Below, piece by piece: positions 51,843 through 64,000 of a DNA stretch of 64,000 nt (its first letter is position 1; the number at the start of each line of letters is the position of its first letter). Source of the DNA: Antedon mediterranea (lineage: Eukaryota > Animalia > Echinodermata); assembly GCF_964355755.1 (NCBI RefSeq), contig NC_092674.1:23064001-23128000 (forward strand), written 5' to 3'. The position numbers and the translations under genes are program-made. The notes below the pieces were generated by a model. It saw only the letters and a program-made list of their open reading frames with translations. It did not search any database and had not been told where the DNA came from.

Positions 51843-52063
51843 AGGCCAATTTACACGAGCGGTAACGGTAAGCGGAAAACCGCGCAGCTCGTCCCACGTA
51901 GATTATGTCTATCCAGGGAAGAGTTAAATTAATTGTAATTTAACTCTTCCCTGATCTATCTATCCATCCTCAGCCGCGAAAACCGCCAGTCCACTTCGCG
52001 CTTTGTGTAAATGGTCATCTATATTTTGTATTACCGTTATCGTTCGTCTGTGTAAATTGGCCT
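51843..52063. mobile_element. MITE with 14-bp TIRs (Harbinger-like)
   Basis: AGGCCAATTTACAC ... GTGTAAATTGGCCT, with an internal palindrome CAGGGAAGAGTTAAATTA / TAATTTAACTCTTCCCTG. Confidence 0.65.
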
Positions 52064-52497
52064 TAAGTAGGACATATTGAACGCTTATTGGACAAAAGTT
52101 GGTGAACTTATTCGGAATAGGAACTTATTATCTACTACATATTTTATTCTGGTAAATACAATAGGGAATTATATATAGATAGGCCTATACAAAAAAACCC
52201 TTTATTATAAAAATGGATAATTTATATATGAATTAAAAATGGAATGCACTGTGTTATTATAATTCACATTTCCTAGAATACAATTTTCCAATTTATCACC
52301 AATTGTCTATCAACAACATTATATAATTGACATCAATATACATTATTACATTGCATAATATATACTTATTCTACTACACTTTCACACACATCCTATTTTC
52401 CCCAAACCATGTAATAATGAACATACTCTATTACAGTTTACAAATAACCTTATACATACAGTAGACACTCTAGGCCCCAAAACAAAGTGTCCTCTTA

Positions 52498-52664
52498 ATA
52501 AGGAGTGTACCCTCGATAAGGAGTGTACCCTCGATAAGGAGTGTACCCTCGATAAGGAGTGTACCCTCGATAAGGAGTGTACCCTCGATAAGGAGTGTAC
52601 CCTCGATAAGGAGTGTACCCTCGATAAGGAGTGTACCCTCGATAAGGAGTGTACCCTCGATAAG
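52498..52664 (+). repeat. 18-bp tandem array (ATAAGGAGTGTACCCTCG x9) inside a CAGTAGA-family MITE remnant
   Basis: Nine identical units, preceded by taCAGTAGACACTCTAGGCCCCAAAACAAAGTGTCC at ~52459. Confidence 0.9.
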
Positions 52665-54163
52665 AATTATCCATAGTGTTAACATATTATCGCTCGACCG
52701 TTTCACGTGATTTAGTGAGTTGTGCGAACACAACAAAAATGCGCCAGCACGCGCGAGATAAACTCACTCAATGCATCTGAACGAGTTCATAAAAGGTGTA
52801 AAATTAACGACATACAACACAATATGAAAAATTTCTTGGGAGTATTATGTAGGGTACCCTTAAAACAGATATTGGACTTTTACAATTGATTCTTGGCAGT
52901 ATACGGAATGTGAACTGGGAGAATTGAGATGGAATGATAGTAGCTACAACAGTCTGAATATAACCATATTAGATTCAAATTTCTACAAACTTAAAGGCAT
53001 CGGCATGGCATTTTGCATCTATTTTCAAAATTTAATACAGTAGAACACAACAAAGTATCCACTACAGGGATGTCCCCATGAACTTCCCCTTGCTTGATTC
53101 ACAAGAAAATGTCCCTTTAATAGGTGTCTCCAAATAAGGGTTTCCGAAGAAAGCGTTCTACTGTATTTCATTAAAAAAAAATGTGCAATATACTTAAAAA
53201 ATCATAAAAAAAATATAATATTAAGAATGTATTTCATTATTTATGTTGTAACTACCTGTATAGTACAATTGACACCCTAATTTCATAATAGGATATTCCA
53301 CAAAAAAAATGTGTTGTGACGTACAGCTATGATTCCAATAAACAGTTTGTACAATAAGTAGACTACCAAGGTGTGCATGTTAGATAAATCCAACATTTAG
53401 GCACACTTCCTTATCTACAGTATATAAACAATACTGCAGCTATTATTCTCTGTACACATCTATTAAACTGGATAGTAAGTATTATCAGTAGAACCCTATA
53501 CAAAGTGTCCGCTTAATAGGAGTGCCCCTGAATAGAAATTGGCTGTAGTATCAAAAACATACATTGGTTGTAATAGTCTGATTAAAACCATAGTTAACTT
53601 ACTTCCACAATACAACCTACATCAGCTTTGGTGCAAATTGATATTGAAGGTTGCTTTTGTGGAAGTTGCTATTGTTAATTTCCTGGTGAATTTTTTTCTC
53701 TTTTTGTTTTGTATGATTTGTATATGGATGTACTACTATCCGAAATAAAGGAAATGAATTTTAAATATAGGTCTGTTCAAATGAAAGATACAGTACTATT
53801 AAAAATAATGCAAATATAGCGTTTGCAAAGTTCAACAAATGTTTTGAGTTCATGTTCACACATGTGACCTTGCATTACACCCTGACCCACATGTAATAGT
53901 TCAACCTATGCTAATAACAATAGTTTTCACACCCTGTTTGAAAAAGCGCCCCTGAAAGAAAGACTAAAATTGTATACACAACAAGATTGGTCCCGTACAA
54001 AAAAATTCAAGGAAAGAAAAACCTATTAAATATAATCTGGTAATTTAAATTTAAATATTTGTTATGGAATATATAAATCTTATGAATGTATATAATCAAA
54101 ATAAGAATATTTAATGGGTTACAGATCAGCAAAGGTATTATAAAAGGCACGCAAGATAATATA

Positions 54164-54331
54164 CAGTCAACTCTCTCAATACCGGACACCTTTGGGCTGG
54201 CCTAATATGTCTAGTATTCGGAATGTGTTTTTAATAGTAAAAATGAATTTGGGACTTTTGGTCCTCAAGAAAAGTCTGGTTTTGGGAGAATATCTGGGTT
54301 TTAGAAAGTCCGGTATTTGGAGAGTTGACTG
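54164..54331. mobile_element. Tc1/mariner-like MITE
   Basis: TIRs CAGTCAACTCTC(T)CAATACCGGAC / GTCCGGTATTTGGAGAGTTGACTG, with TA on the left flank. Confidence 0.7.
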
Positions 54332-55060
54332 AATATGATCATATATATCGTATCAAACCACTCACACGAATATCCGTCTATCACCATGATGCAGTTCTTG
54401 TTGCTCCCCAACATTGCTAAACACTTACTGTATTTGATATTGATAAAACCAATGTAAAATTATATGCTTTGTACTGTATGTTTTAAAATTAAAACCAGTT
54501 TTGCTTTATAATTTATGGTCTGCACCATAACATATAGGTTTTCTAATTTCGTTTGATGTACTGTAGAAAAAATGAATATAAATTATCTAGTTATCGCCGA
54601 TTGTTATCGTCCCAGTATTAATGGGCCTCAACTAAATTTGGCTTGATCCAGGAAATTTAGAAATCTACTTGAATACTGTAAACCCTTGAAAAGAAGCCCA
54701 CTGGGCCTCTTTTTGAAAAAAAGAAGCCCTCTCTGCGGTTTGCAAAAGTGATCTCCAAAAAGAAGCCCACCCAAGAGTCCTACAAAAGAAGCCCATGTGC
54801 TTCATTTCAAGGTTTTAAATACTAATAGTAGAAATTCAGCTAGTTTGTCATGATGGTAGGATAAGCTTGGTAATCTTCAAATACAGCAATAGTTCCACCT
54901 GTAACATTGCGATTTCTAACTCCATCCATTGCTGGTGCCCCTTTTTCATGCTGTGTTGATAGTTCAAAACAGCCTGTTTAACTGGCCAGCTTATTTCTAA
55001 CACGCAAAATTCCTATCTTAGGTTTGTAAGAACAAAAGATAGCAAATAATCTGCCCGTAG

Positions 55061-62430
<7,370 letters not shown>

Positions 62431-64000
62431 CTGTAATGACAAATTTGTCAATTATAAAAAAAAATATAATACAGGTCTCCCTCCAATTAAAGACCACTTT
62501 TGGGACCTATAATTTAGTGGTCTTTAGTAGCTCTGCCCTCCAACTATTATAATTGGTATAATTAAAGGGGAATTAGAGGAAAATTAAATGTAGTAGTGAT
62601 GTAGTGAAAAAATTGTAATAAAATCTTGAATTATCTGTATTCAATATCGGCCAAAATATTAAATAGCAAGCCTTCTGGACCTCTCTTCATTTTACCGAAA
62701 ACATTAAAGATGTATTTTCCCCCTGAAAAAATAATTCTTACAAATTTTTTTTTTGAATATTCCATTTTAATGTAACATAATAGTTATCCACTTTGACCAA
62801 AAATTAGATCGGAAAAAAATGTATTTCTCCCTGAAAAAAATCTAATTTAAAGCAAAAAATTGTCAAATTGGCTGCCAGCCAATGGATTTTTGGTTGAATT
62901 TAACAGTTTATTTTGTCATTTTACAAGTGAAAACATAATTTGTTTTCGGTTTTTTTCTATGGAAATGATTAACTTTATTAAAACTACAAAATAACATATT
63001 CATAGTCTGATTTAAATAATTTTAATTTTTTATGTTTTGGGGGGACAATACATCTTTTCTGAGCATTTCATTTACTTGATAATATATATATATATATACT
63101 GAGATGAGAGCCATGTTCACATGAACTAGTTTTCAAGCTTCAAACCTGTTCATTCATACAGTACTGTATAAAGCTTGATACATATATCAGTGTGAACACA
63201 AAGCTGTTATTCAATAATGATAATAAACCAAGGTTTAAGTCTTACATCGGATTTAACATAAACCACATGTAATCTAATTTGTATGGTGAGCGATTTGTTA
63301 TCGCCACTACTAATATTTTCTTTTTAAAACTATACATTTTTAAAAACAGAATCATTTCCTTACTTGTTGTTTGCTAATTTATTCTGCTTTTATGTTTAAA
63401 AAAAAGTAACATGCAACCCGTAGACTGATATCAATACATTTTTAATTGATTAATTTCCAGAATATCACTGGGTGGTGGTTTCACTATGCCAATAAATGTT
63501 TATAATAGTAATACTGCATGATATAAAGTACAGGCAAGAAAACCATAACTAAACTATAAAACTATATACTACTTCTAACAATAATCAAATACGGAATTTC
63601 GCAAAATTCTGCTGTTAAAAACCTGTCAGACTTTTAATGTAATCATCTAATGAAACATTTTTGATATAGGATGATAATAAAATCTGAAGTTATAATGCAA
63701 ATAGTCCGCTTTTTTACATCATTTTCTATCTTTCAATAAGAAATTGCTTCTAAATATGAAGCATAAAACTACGCTATAAAACTGTATGTGCCCAAATATG
63801 GAAGTAATATGCACAAATAGGATTGTGCTATGACATCATCATGTTCATATAACGTTTTGTTGTGTTTAATAGTGTAGACAGAGCTTTGGGATACAATAGA
63901 TCAATAATTATAGGAATAGACATGTTTTGCCCGCACCTGGCCTTTAAAACTCTAAAACATAGAAGCATCATTGAATATTACATTTAAACAGCTGATTTAT

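Overview
AT-rich, intron-rich animal genomic DNA, not prokaryotic. Gene content and intron density suggest an invertebrate, possibly a deuterostome (inference). Five spliced genes can be built from GT-AG sites and protein motifs: the last exon of Rab33 (+), a complete 22-exon IK/RED spliceosomal gene (-), a 4-exon SDR16C-type short-chain dehydrogenase (+), a complete 11-exon ankyrin-DHHC palmitoyltransferase (Patsas-like, -) and the 3' nine exons of STIM (-). There is also one intronless 158-aa orphan ORF. Non-coding DNA holds many non-autonomous DNA transposons (Tc1/mariner-, Harbinger-, P- and Kolobok-like, judged from TIR/TSD), tRNA-derived SINEs, a decayed Rex1/Babar-type LINE and several tandem arrays. 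Most notable: (1) a frame-confirmed U12-type AT-AC intron in IK; (2) a candidate frameshifting 31-nt poison exon in IK; (3) one MITE family whose subterminal motif repeatedly seeds 15-18 bp minisatellites, up to a 4.5 kb array with ~1.1 kb higher-order repeats; (4) a Penelope-type minimal hammerhead ribozyme with a catalytic-core mutation, sense-oriented in an intron; (5) a 2.4 kb P-like element with a perfect 8-bp TSD in the IK promoter. All calls are by eye; no database searches were run.
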